Below are positions 54,335-63,607 of a DNA stretch of 64,000 bases, piece by piece; position 1 is the stretch's first letter; each line of letters opens with the position of its first letter. Origin of the DNA: Candidatus Omnitrophota bacterium (GTDB lineage: Bacteria > Omnitrophota > Gorgyraeia > Gygaellales > Profunditerraquicolaceae); the NCBI GenBank assembly GCA_030691865.1, contig JAUYDL010000041.1:758-64757 (forward strand), given 5' to 3'. Made by a program: the position numbers and the translations under genes. Below the pieces are notes generated by a model that made no database searches, was not told where the DNA came from, and saw only the letters and a program-made list of their open reading frames with translations.

Positions 54335-55300
54335 TCAAGTTAAGATTTTAATTAATTTATAGAGATTCTCAATCTTCAATTCTTTTTTCTGTATGGCCGT
54401 CTCAAAATCAACTTCGACAATCAAACCCGCGGCTAATCCTAAAGCAATATCTTCTTTACCTGCAATTAAACAATCCACTGCCGCTTTACCAAGATTTAAA
54501 GCTAACTCCCGGCTAACCGCTGTCGGCCGGCCGCCTCTTTGCACATGGCCTAAAACCACTGTGCGCGTCTCCAGGCCGGTCATATCCGTTATTTGCCTGG
54601 CAATATCATTCGCCTTGCCTGCGCCTTCCGCAACCACAATAATCCAGCTCATTTTCCCAACCAGATTGCCATGGACTATATCATGACAAATTGCATCCAG
54701 ATTAATTTCTCTTTCAGGAATAATTATATCTTCACACCCTCCGGCGAGGGCAACAGTTAAAGCAATAAATCCGGATTCCCTGCCCATCACTTCCACCACA
54801 AAAATCCGCTCCATGCTGGTAGCCGTATCGCGGATTTTATCAATAGCATCCAAAGCAGTATTGACTGCCGTATCCGTACCAATCGTATAATCTATACCGT
54901 TCACATCATTATCAATGGAAGCGGCGATTCCCACACAGGGGATATTAAATTTTTTATAAAATTCATGGGCGGCGGCAAAAGAACCATTACCACCGATAAC
55001 CACTAAACCATCGATATTATTTTTTTTAATTGTCTCATAAGCCCGCTTCTGGCCTTCCTCAGTTCTAAACTCTGCACAACGCGCAGTCTTTAAAATTGTT
55101 CCGCCCTGGCCAATGATTCCCGATACAGAACGATGACTTAAAGGTTTTAGTTCTTCATTAATCAAGCCCCACCAGCCGCGAAAAACACCCATTACTTCTA
55201 GTTTCTGGCTAATCCCGTAACGCACAACAGAACGAATTGCCGAATTCATTCCCGGAGCATCTCCTCCAGCGGTTAACACCGCAATTCTCTTAATCGCCAT
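54335..55300 (-). CDS. pfkA: 6-phosphofructokinase
   Basis: IAVLTAGGDAPGMNSAIR. Confidence 0.9.
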   Translation of the reverse strand: MAIKRIAVLTAGGDAPGMNSAIRSVVRYGISQKLEVMGVFRGWWGLINEELKPLSHRSVSGIIGQGGTILKTARCAEFRTEEGQKRAYETIKKNNIDGLVVIGGNGSFAAAHEFYKKFNIPCVGIAASIDNDVNGIDYTIGTDTAVNTALDAIDKIRDTATSMERIFVVEVMGRESGFIALTVALAGGCEDIIIPEREINLDAICHDIVHGNLVGKMSWIIVVAEGAGKANDIARQITDMTGLETRTVVLGHVQRGGRPTAVSRELALNLGKAAVDCLIAGKEDIALGLAAGLIVEVDFETAIQKKELKIENLYKLIKILT

Positions 55301-55385
55301 ACCAAACCTCCCTACATTCTATCTACTAACTACCTGCCTGCCGCCTGCCTGTCGGCAGTCAGGGCAGGCAGGCTATCTACTGCTT

Positions 55386-56642
55386 TTATGTACCCATCTC
55401 CCAGCTAGCTAAATATTTCTTCTGTTCCGCGGTTAGCACATCTATCTTTATCCCCATTGACTTAAGTTTAAGCCTGGAGATATTTTTATCGATATCTTCC
55501 GGAACCGTATAAACCTGTTTTTTCAATTTACGGTAATTCTTGGCCAAGTATCGCGCAGAAAAAGCCTGGTTAGCAAAAGACATATCCATCACGCTAGCCG
55601 GATGGCCTTCAGCGGCTGCCAAATTAATCAAACGGCCCTGGCTTAAAAGATAAATCTTGCGATTATTTTTTAAGGTATATTCATCAACAAAATCGCGAGT
55701 TGCCCGTTTAGATTTTGCAATTGCCTCTAAACCCGGGATATCAATTTCGACATTAAAATGTCCGGAGTTAGCTACGATTGCGCCATCCTTCATTAGACTA
55801 AAGTGCTCTTTTCGAATTACATTAATATCGCCGGTAACCGTAACAAAGATATCTCCGATCTTAGCGGCTTCGCGAAGAGGCATAACCTCAAAACCATCCA
55901 TGGTCGCCTCTAAGGCCCGCAAAGGGTCAACCTCAATAACCACGACTTTAGCACCCATACCTTTTGCGCGCATGGCCGTGCCTTTACCGCACCAACCATA
56001 ACCACAAACTACAAAAGTAGACCCGGCAATTAATTTATTCGTCGAGCGGATAATCCCGTCAAGCGTAGACTGGCCTGTGCCGTAACGATTATCAAAAAGA
56101 TGCTTGGTTAAAGCATCATTAACCGCAATTATCGGGTAACGTAATTTTCCTTCTTGCGCCAAAGCCCGCAGTCGAATCACCCCGGTAGTAGTCTCCTCTG
56201 TACCGCCAATGATATTAGTATGCATTCGGGCGGGGCGCTGATGGATTGTACTTACCAGGTCTGCGCCGTCATCCATGGTAATATCCGGCTTAATGGCTAA
56301 TGCCGATTTCATATGTACATAATAAGTTTTAGTATCCTCACCTTTAATCGCAAAAACCGCCACCTTTAAATCTTTTACTAAAGAAGCAGCCGCATCATCT
56401 TGAGTAGAAAGCGGATTAGATGCACACAGATAAACATCTGCACCGCCGGATTTTAAAACATCCACCAACACTGCGGTTTCAGTAGTAACATGTAAACAGC
56501 AAGCGACCTTAAGGCCGGCTAAAGGCTTCTCTTTAGAAAATCTCTGCTTAATTAAATCCAAAACAGGCATATTTTTGGCTGCCCATTCAATTCTTAAAGC
56601 ACCTTTTTTTGCTAACTTTATATCCTTAATGTCATATCGCAT
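55386..56642 (-). CDS. ahcY: adenosylhomocysteinase
   Basis: 418 aa SAHH with NAD-binding domain. Confidence 0.9.
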   Translation of the reverse strand: MRYDIKDIKLAKKGALRIEWAAKNMPVLDLIKQRFSKEKPLAGLKVACCLHVTTETAVLVDVLKSGGADVYLCASNPLSTQDDAAASLVKDLKVAVFAIKGEDTKTYYVHMKSALAIKPDITMDDGADLVSTIHQRPARMHTNIIGGTEETTTGVIRLRALAQEGKLRYPIIAVNDALTKHLFDNRYGTGQSTLDGIIRSTNKLIAGSTFVVCGYGWCGKGTAMRAKGMGAKVVVIEVDPLRALEATMDGFEVMPLREAAKIGDIFVTVTGDINVIRKEHFSLMKDGAIVANSGHFNVEIDIPGLEAIAKSKRATRDFVDEYTLKNNRKIYLLSQGRLINLAAAEGHPASVMDMSFANQAFSARYLAKNYRKLKKQVYTVPEDIDKNISRLKLKSMGIKIDVLTAEQKKYLASWEMGT

Positions 56643-56681
56643 ATATTCCCCTTATTTTAAAATTCTGTCATTGACGACCTT

Positions 56682-57851
56682 CTATATTCTTGCCGCTTGT
56701 CTTTTTAAGCTCTCTACTTTATCCAGCTTCTCCCAGTAGAATTCCGGCTCTGGTCTTCCAAAATGACCATAGCTGGCAGTTTTTCTGTAGATAGGCCGGC
56801 GTAATTTCAATGATTCGATAATTCCTTTAGGGGTAAGCTCGAAATTCTGCCGGATCAGCTTCACTAAAGCCTCCTCTGGAAGAACAGAAGCCCCCTCGGT
56901 TTTGACCATCACCGATAAAGGCTCCGCCCGGCCGATAACATAAGCCAGCTGAATAAGGCATTCTTCCGCCAGGCCTGCCCCCACAATATTCTTGGCAATA
57001 TAACGGCACATATACGCTGCGGAGCGATCAACCTTAGTCGGATCCTTACCCGAGAATGCCCCGCCCCCATGAGCCACTGCTCCACCATAAGTATCCACAA
57101 TTATTTTTCTCCCCGTCATGCCGGTATCAGATTGGGGACCACCCACAACAAATTTTCCCGTCTGATTAACAAAATACTTGGTATTCTTGTCTGCCCAACC
57201 TTTAAGGATGGGACCGGCAACCTGGCGAATAATCTCCTGACGAGATTTTTCAGTAATGCGCTTGCCGCTTTTATCCAAAATATCAACAGTATGCTGAGAA
57301 GCTAAAACCACGGAATCCACACGCACGGGCTTTCCATTGTCGTACTCAACAGTTACCTGGGTCTTTCCGTCCGGGCCGAGGTATTTTAAAATCTTTTCTT
57401 TACGCACGGCGGTTAAACGCATAGCTAATTTTTGCGCCAACATTAAAGCCAGCGGCATCAATTCCTTGGTCTCCTTACAAGCATAACCAAACATCATACC
57501 CTGATCCCCCGCTCCGCCGGTATCCACGCCTTGTGATATATCCGGAGACTGGGCATGAATAGCATTAAGAATGGCGCAGGTATGAAAATCAAAACCGTAT
57601 TTAGGATTGTCATAACCGATCTCTTCGATTATTTTCCTGCTTATTTCATGCACATCGATAAAACCACGGGTAGTAATCTCGCCGCCGACAATTAAAAGCC
57701 CCATGGTGACATAAGTTTCGCAGGCTACGCGCGAATAAATATCGTTCTTTAGACAAGCATCCAAGACCCCGTCTGAAATCTGATCGCACAACTTATCCGG
57801 ATGCCCTTCGGTTACCGACTCTGAAGTAAAATAATGCTTCTGCACGACCAT
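56682..57851 (-). CDS. metK: S-adenosylmethionine synthetase
   Basis: [20 protein letters not shown]. Confidence 0.92.
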   Translation of the reverse strand: MVVQKHYFTSESVTEGHPDKLCDQISDGVLDACLKNDIYSRVACETYVTMGLLIVGGEITTRGFIDVHEISRKIIEEIGYDNPKYGFDFHTCAILNAIHAQSPDISQGVDTGGAGDQGMMFGYACKETKELMPLALMLAQKLAMRLTAVRKEKILKYLGPDGKTQVTVEYDNGKPVRVDSVVLASQHTVDILDKSGKRITEKSRQEIIRQVAGPILKGWADKNTKYFVNQTGKFVVGGPQSDTGMTGRKIIVDTYGGAVAHGGGAFSGKDPTKVDRSAAYMCRYIAKNIVGAGLAEECLIQLAYVIGRAEPLSVMVKTEGASVLPEEALVKLIRQNFELTPKGIIESLKLRRPIYRKTASYGHFGRPEPEFYWEKLDKVESLKRQAARI

Positions 57852-57923
57852 GACTCCTCCTCATTTTTCCCCGCCTCCGGCGCTTGGGGAAAAATGACCC
57901 TAAAGCTCCTGCGAGGGGGAAGA

Positions 57924-58664
57924 TTATTTGACAAATATTTCTTTTGCCGCGTTTAAATATTTATAATCGCCGATGTCAAACCAAGAACCGCTAAATACGT
58001 ATCCATAAACATCCACCTTGTCTTTTAACCAAGCGATATAACTTCCGGTGGAATCGGCTTTTCTTTTTTCATCCTGCATATAGGCGTTAATCAAATTTAA
58101 ATAATTTTTTGATATATAATACAAACACATCGCTACCAGGTTTGACTCCGGATGTTTCGGCTTCTCCTTAAAACTAATTACTCTGTTTAACTTATCCAAC
58201 TTAACCACGCCGTAACGGCTGGCATCTTTTTTCCGCTTTAATCTATACAAGCCCAGGCTGGTGGAGGCAACATTTTTCTTAGAAACATCCAAAAATCCTT
58301 GCAGAGAACCGCTGAATAAGTTATCACCACCGACCACTAAGAGATCCTCTTGAACCTTCTTCTTTTTAATCACAAAATTTATATCTCCGATCGCCCCTAA
58401 CCTGTCCTGATTATTCTTAGTCAGATCATCGACCAAAGTAATCTTCTTAGGCGACTTTACTGTTTTGGCCCACTTTCTAAAATCTGATATAAATTTACTA
58501 TTGGTTACGATATAGATCTCATTAATACCGCCAACTAACCCCAATTTATCAACGATATAATTTATAATCGGCCTGCCTTTTACCTCTAAAAGCGGCTTAG
58601 GATATTTTTTAGTTAAGGGATAAAGCCTGGTAGCATATCCGGCAGCTAAAATTAACGCCTTCAC
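57924..58664 (-). CDS. sugar-phosphate nucleotidyltransferase (NTP_transferase domain)
   Basis: MKALILAAGYATRLYPLTKKYPKPLL. Confidence 0.7.
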   Translation of the reverse strand: MKALILAAGYATRLYPLTKKYPKPLLEVKGRPIINYIVDKLGLVGGINEIYIVTNSKFISDFRKWAKTVKSPKKITLVDDLTKNNQDRLGAIGDINFVIKKKKVQEDLLVVGGDNLFSGSLQGFLDVSKKNVASTSLGLYRLKRKKDASRYGVVKLDKLNRVISFKEKPKHPESNLVAMCLYYISKNYLNLINAYMQDEKRKADSTGSYIAWLKDKVDVYGYVFSGSWFDIGDYKYLNAAKEIFVK

Positions 58665-58742
58665 CCAGCACCTTCTTTCTTATTTAATTCATCAAACCAT
58701 ATGGCTTCAATAGTTAAATATTTAGAAGTTGCGGGATTCACT

Positions 58743-60473
58743 TTATTTTAGAATCTGGGCTAATCTATTTTGCGCAAATTCTTCGACTTCTTTACCCGTT
58801 GAAAGTTTCATCGCCTGCACGGCCAATTCCTGCGTAGCCTTAAAACCTACGGCGCGAATTACGTACTTTAATTCCGGAATCACCTGCGGAGGTAAACTAA
58901 ACTCATCTAAACCTAAACCCAAAAGAATAAGCGCCAAAGACGGTTCCCCTGCCATCTCTCCGCACATGGCTACCTTGATTTTAGCCTGATGCGCTGCATC
59001 AATAATATTCTTAATCAATCTTAAAACTGCCGGATGCGCCGGATCATAAAGATAGGCAACTTTCTCATTACTGCGGTCAACTGCCAGGGAGTATTGAATT
59101 AAATCATTGGTCCCGATACTAAAGAAATCGGCTTCTTTAGCCAATATATCCGCAGTCATTGCCGCTGAAGGAACCTCCACCATTACCCCCACCTTAATTT
59201 TATCATTAAACTTCAAACCGCTCTGTCTAAGCTCCGCTTTAGCTTCACCAAGAAGCTGATTTGCCTGCCGTAACTCCTCAACCCCGGAGATCATCGGATA
59301 CATTAGCTTAAGATTCCCATGCACTGAAGCCCTAAGGATAGCGCGTAGCTGTAACTTAAATATATCCGGACGCGCTAAACAAAATCTAATCGCCCTCCAC
59401 CCTAAAAACGGCTGCATTTCATACGGAATTTTAAATTGCGATAGGAATTTATCTCCACCTATATCCAGGGTGCGAATGACCACCGAATACGGATTCATCT
59501 CTTCAGCCACATACTTATAAGCCTGATAATGCTCCTCTTCACTGGGAGAATCCTTGCGATTCATATAAAAAAACTCTGTGCGGTAAAGCCCGATTCCCTG
59601 GCCTCCGTGCAACTTGGCGCTTGGCACCTCATCCGGAAATTCAATATTCGCATTAATCAAAATTGTCCTGCCATCGGTAGTAACTGCCGATAAATCTTTA
59701 ACCGTCAGAAACTTATCCGCAATACCTTTTAACTTTTCAAGTTTCGCCTGATAGCTCCTAAGCGTTTCCTCATCGGGATCAATAATCACGATCCCCATGC
59801 TGCCATCAACGATCAGTATATCTCCCGGGTTAACTTTGGAGGTGACTCCTTCCAACCCTACGACTGCGGGTATCTCCAGGGATTTAGCCATAATCGCGGT
59901 ATGCGAAGTCTTACCGCCAATATCCGTAACAAAAGCAGCGATATTCTTGGTATGCATTGCCACGGTGTCCGAAGGAGAGATATCATGCGCCACAATAATT
60001 GCCCTGCCTCCGACATCATCTAAACCCTTCTTCTTTGTCCCCAGAAGATTCCTTAATATCCTTTTACCGACATCGTTAATATCCGCAGCGCGTTCCTTAA
60101 GGTATTCATCCTCGATTTTCAAAAACACACCGATATATTTCTTTAAAACCTCGGAAAAAATATACGCAACATTAAGCTGTTCTTTTTTAAGGCGACTGAT
60201 CACCTCTTCGATGAGCATCCGGTCTTCGAGAACCAACAGGTGCGCATCAAAAATCTGCGCCTCCGCCTGGCCCATATCCGAACTAATCCTTTTTTGCAGT
60301 TCAATAATCTCACGGCGAGTTTGAATCAGCGCTTCTTCAAAGAGTTGAATCTGCACGGGAATGTCTGTCCAGTTGATCGCTTCGCGTAAGACGACAAACT
60401 CCTCTTTCCCCAGCATATAAGCCGATCCGATACTGATACCACTTGCAGCGGCAATTCCTTTTAGTTGAATCAT
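58743..60473 (-). CDS. ptsI: phosphoenolpyruvate-protein phosphotransferase (PTS enzyme I)
   Basis: 576 aa EI homology. Confidence 0.9.
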   Translation of the reverse strand: MIQLKGIAAASGISIGSAYMLGKEEFVVLREAINWTDIPVQIQLFEEALIQTRREIIELQKRISSDMGQAEAQIFDAHLLVLEDRMLIEEVISRLKKEQLNVAYIFSEVLKKYIGVFLKIEDEYLKERAADINDVGKRILRNLLGTKKKGLDDVGGRAIIVAHDISPSDTVAMHTKNIAAFVTDIGGKTSHTAIMAKSLEIPAVVGLEGVTSKVNPGDILIVDGSMGIVIIDPDEETLRSYQAKLEKLKGIADKFLTVKDLSAVTTDGRTILINANIEFPDEVPSAKLHGGQGIGLYRTEFFYMNRKDSPSEEEHYQAYKYVAEEMNPYSVVIRTLDIGGDKFLSQFKIPYEMQPFLGWRAIRFCLARPDIFKLQLRAILRASVHGNLKLMYPMISGVEELRQANQLLGEAKAELRQSGLKFNDKIKVGVMVEVPSAAMTADILAKEADFFSIGTNDLIQYSLAVDRSNEKVAYLYDPAHPAVLRLIKNIIDAAHQAKIKVAMCGEMAGEPSLALILLGLGLDEFSLPPQVIPELKYVIRAVGFKATQELAVQAMKLSTGKEVEEFAQNRLAQILK

Positions 60474-60754
60474 AGCTCTTCCTCGCTACTAATTAGCTTT
60501 TCCAACTCTACCAACGCCTGCTCGGCGTCCGAACCGTCTACCTCAACAACAATCAAACTATCCTTCTCTGCTCCAAGCATAAGAATACCCATGATCGATT
60601 TACCATTAACCTCTTCGTCATCATGACGCACGGTAATCCGCGCATCGAATTTATTAGCTATCTGCACAAATACAGCAGCCGGCCGCGCATGTAAACCCTG
60701 TTTATTTTTTACAATTAATTCTTTTTTAATTAAAGGCATGTTATATCTCTTCAA
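60470..60754 (-). CDS. ptsH: phosphocarrier protein HPr
   Basis: GLHARPAA around the active His. Confidence 0.85.
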   Translation of the reverse strand: MKRYNMPLIKKELIVKNKQGLHARPAAVFVQIANKFDARITVRHDDEEVNGKSIMGILMLGAEKDSLIVVEVDGSDAEQALVELEKLISSEEEL

Positions 60755-61982
60755 TAAAACTTAAAATAATTTTGGCTAACTTTTCCGCGTCATGGCGGAT
60801 TACTCCGTCGGCAATCATGCTGAAATCTTCCTCGACTACCCGTACCCCAAGATTCTCAATCTTCTTGCGGTCATTAACCACCAAAAGCGAATTATCCTGG
60901 GAGTAACGCTTTAAGATCTCGCTAGGCACCTCACCATTATTCACCACGCAGTAATCCAGAATCTGTTCATGGCTGTGCTTCAGAAGAGCTTTAATATGAT
61001 CAGAAACGCTATAGCCATCGGTTTCCCCCGGTTGAGTCATCACATTGCAAACATAAACTTTTATGGCTTCCGATTTTGCGATCTCTTCAGTAATCTCTTT
61101 AACTAATAAGTTCGGAATTATACTAGTGTACAAGGAACCCGGGCCCAAAACAATGATCTGCGCTTCTTTAATTGCCTTTAAGGCATCCGGCGTAGCCAAT
61201 GGCTGTTCGGGAGTAAGGCTAACCCTGTTAATCGACTTTCTGGCCCTGGGAATTTGATCTTCTCCTACAACCATTGAGCCATCTGAATAATGTGCCACCA
61301 ACGTTACGTCTCCCAATGTCGAAGGGATAACCTGGCCCCGTAAAGCTAAAACCTTACTGGTCTCCTTAATCGCCTTTTCAAAATCACCGGTCAAACGCGT
61401 CATTACCGTAATAAAAAGATTACCGAAGGAGTGCCCGGAAAACTCTGAATTCGCATCAAATCGAAATTGAAAAAGATCACGCATCAATGTTGGAGCATCA
61501 GCCAGGGCCACCAAACAGTTACGTATATCACCGGGAGGTAAAACATCAAACTGTTGTCTAAGCCTGCCGCTGGAGCCCCCGCTATCCGCCACCGTAACTA
61601 CTGCAGAAATATTGGACGTATAATTTTTTAAACCGCTTAAAAGAACAGATAGCCCTGTGCCACCGCCTACGGTAACGATACGCGGCCCACGGCTTAACTG
61701 CTTTTTTTGATACAAAATATCAATTAACTCTGTACCCCTGGATGATGGAATAAATATAGCAATAAAAGAACGCATCATCCGCTTGACGCCCAGAATTAAA
61801 ATTATAATTCCGGAGATTACAATCAGAGCATCCAAAATTTGAATCAACCAGAATTCTTCACTACGTAAATTAGCCGTACCTAAAATTAAAAGTATGACAC
61901 CAAAAGCACTCAAAGCCACCCAGCGCTTAATCCCTATGCCCGGATAAAACCATTTTAGAATATCGGCAGAATCAGCTTTCAT
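60741..61982 (-). CDS. YvcK / gluconeogenesis factor (UPF0052, CofD-like) with N-terminal TM segments
   Basis: RIVTVGGGTGLSVLLSGLK. Confidence 0.8.
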   Translation of the reverse strand: MKADSADILKWFYPGIGIKRWVALSAFGVILLILGTANLRSEEFWLIQILDALIVISGIIILILGVKRMMRSFIAIFIPSSRGTELIDILYQKKQLSRGPRIVTVGGGTGLSVLLSGLKNYTSNISAVVTVADSGGSSGRLRQQFDVLPPGDIRNCLVALADAPTLMRDLFQFRFDANSEFSGHSFGNLFITVMTRLTGDFEKAIKETSKVLALRGQVIPSTLGDVTLVAHYSDGSMVVGEDQIPRARKSINRVSLTPEQPLATPDALKAIKEAQIIVLGPGSLYTSIIPNLLVKEITEEIAKSEAIKVYVCNVMTQPGETDGYSVSDHIKALLKHSHEQILDYCVVNNGEVPSEILKRYSQDNSLLVVNDRKKIENLGVRVVEEDFSMIADGVIRHDAEKLAKIILSFIEEI

Positions 61983-62022
61983 TTTATAAAACTATCTTCT
62001 AAAATTATATGGCAAAAAATGA

Positions 62023-62493
62023 TTAAATCTTCTTCTCATCTTCCTGCGTGATAACCTTAATTACGGATTTTTCATCCATACAGGTTCGTAAGATATCACG
62101 GAAGTATTTATCCTTTAAGAGACGTGATATTCTGGCTAAGGCCTTAAGATGCGGGCCGGCGGAATCCTGCGGGGCAACCAGTAAAAAGAAAATATAAGCT
62201 AATTCGCCATCCAGGGAATCAAAATCCACGCCCTTTTTGGAAAGGCCAAAAGCGACCACTAGCTTATCCACACAATCGCACTTTGCATGCGGTATGGCTA
62301 TGCCTTGACCGATGGCCGTTGATCCCAAGGCTTCTCTGGACATCAGCGCGTCAATGAGCTTATTACGATTACGTTTTTCTACATCAGAAGCTTCAATTAA
62401 TAAATCCACCATTTCTTTAATCACGTCTTCCTTGCTGGTGGATTTTATATCAGTGAGAATAGCCTTCTTCGAGAGAAAATCCATTATCTGCAT
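62023..62493 (-). CDS. ptsN: PTS EIIA(Ntr)-type regulatory protein PtsN
   Basis: GQGIAIPHAKC active-site His region. Confidence 0.8.
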   Translation of the reverse strand: MQIMDFLSKKAILTDIKSTSKEDVIKEMVDLLIEASDVEKRNRNKLIDALMSREALGSTAIGQGIAIPHAKCDCVDKLVVAFGLSKKGVDFDSLDGELAYIFFLLVAPQDSAGPHLKALARISRLLKDKYFRDILRTCMDEKSVIKVITQEDEKKI

Positions 62494-62563
62494 TTGCTGC
62501 TCCTTTTTAAATGATTTAATCCGCCAATCTTTATGGCGGAGGAATACATGTGTTATATTTCAA

Positions 62564-62638
62564 TGGAGCGGCGGACGGGATTTGAACCCGTGACATCCTG
62601 CTTGGCAAGCAGGCATTCTACCGCTGAATTACCGCCGC
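62564..62638 (-). tRNA. tRNA-Gly(GCC): tRNA-Gly (anticodon GCC), CCA encoded
   Basis: Cloverleaf folded by eye: acceptor gcggcgg/ccgccgc, anticodon loop ttGCCaa, T-arm acggg-ttcaaat-cccgt. Confidence 0.85.
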
Positions 62639-62693
62639 ATAAAATTTTATTTCCGAGTATTGTAAAAATTTTTTAAAAAACAAAAAATTTTTA

Positions 62694-62777
62694 TGGGCGG
62701 AAGAGGATTTGAACCTCCAAGGCATTGCTGCCACGAGGTTCTAAGCCTCGCGTGTCTGCCAGTTGCACCATCCGCCC
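62694..62777 (-). tRNA. tRNA-Leu(TAG): tRNA-Leu (anticodon TAG), class II with long variable arm, discriminator A, no CCA
   Basis: Acceptor gggcgga/tccgccc, anticodon stem-loop cgagg-ctTAGaa-cctcg, T-loop ttcaaat. Confidence 0.8.
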
Positions 62778-63388
62778 GTCTCGCTACCTAATAAAATCCT
62801 GGTTTTCTCAAATTTTCTATTCAAGAAAACAGTTGATTTATTATAAATCCTTTTTAGTAATTTAATCGAGCTGTGCTTATAGTAAATTAATTCAAAAACT
62901 CTTGGAATAGTTCCAATCTTTCCGCTTAAAGAAAGCAAGTTATAAATCTTACTTTTTAACCAAATTAGAAAATCCTTGCTTGCTGAACAAAATTTTACTC
63001 TTATTTGTGGATGCTTGCTTTCTAGATGCTTAAATGAGGTTACGCAGCCATCTCCATCCAGTAAACCTCTTAAGAAATCGAAAAAGTACTTATTTGGAAT
63101 TTTAAGAGTCCCAATAGTTTTGCTTTTATTTGCAGTTATACCGATATTATTAAGCCAACGATACAACTTTACATTGCCAAATTGAATATAATAATACTTC
63201 CCGTTTTTATTATAACCGCTATTCTTAATTGCGATCTTATTTTTTAACCCAAGGCAAATTTTAAAGGTTTTTATTAAATCGATATCTTTAGAAACGAATA
63301 CAATATGCCTTCCATCTTTTGACAAATTGCCATCCGAAGCCAAAAGTCCTACGCAATATGATAGCTTATTGTCCCATTTTATATTCAT
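62741..63388 (-). CDS. LAGLIDADG family homing endonuclease (two-motif, single-chain type)
   Basis: GLLASDGNL and GLLDGDGCV motifs about 100 aa apart. The ORF 3' end runs 37 nt into the tRNA-Leu gene. Confidence 0.7.
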   Translation of the reverse strand: MNIKWDNKLSYCVGLLASDGNLSKDGRHIVFVSKDIDLIKTFKICLGLKNKIAIKNSGYNKNGKYYYIQFGNVKLYRWLNNIGITANKSKTIGTLKIPNKYFFDFLRGLLDGDGCVTSFKHLESKHPQIRVKFCSASKDFLIWLKSKIYNLLSLSGKIGTIPRVFELIYYKHSSIKLLKRIYNKSTVFLNRKFEKTRILLGSETGGWCNWQTREA

Positions 63389-63526
63389 TTTTCATTCAAC
63401 AATTTCGCCATTCGCCCTAAAGTGAGCTTATTTAAATTCTGTGTAATGTTAGATGCGTAACGTGTAATGCCAATGTAATAACTGACATTCCGCCCACATT
63501 ACACTTTACACATTACGCAATTTTAT

Positions 63527-63599
63527 TGAGCCTCCCGCGACTCGAACGCGGCACAACCACATTAAAAGTGTGGTGCTCTACCTGATGAGCTAGAGGCCC
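63527..63599 (-). tRNA. tRNA-Lys(TTT): tRNA-Lys (anticodon TTT)
   Basis: Acceptor gggcctc/gaggccc, anticodon loop ctTTTaa, T-arm ccgcg-ttcgagt-cgcgg. No CCA. Confidence 0.85.
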
Positions 63600-63607
63600 A
63601 AATCTAA

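Noticed and set aside
2753-60324. Numerous plus-strand ORFs of 60-195 aa embedded antisense within conserved minus-strand genes. Examples: 2753..2947, 4749..5120, 5592..5900, 6924..7202, 7640..8179, 10000..10587, 12315..12629, 13962..14210, 15053..15283, 18366..18731, 21598..21972, 43408..43827, 46314..46751, 47541..47999, 51932..52417, 54393..54686, 55657..56001, 59797..60324
   Set aside because: Each lies entirely inside a well-supported enzyme gene on the opposite strand. They have low-complexity or biased composition typical of antisense frames of GC-skewed codons, and no RBS or homology signal.
62694-63599. Idea that the LAGLIDADG ORF is a group I intron interrupting a tRNA gene
   Set aside because: Both tRNA-Leu(TAG) and tRNA-Lys(TTT) fold as complete contiguous cloverleaves with no interruption. 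The ORF is merely adjacent, overlapping the tRNA-Leu 5' end.
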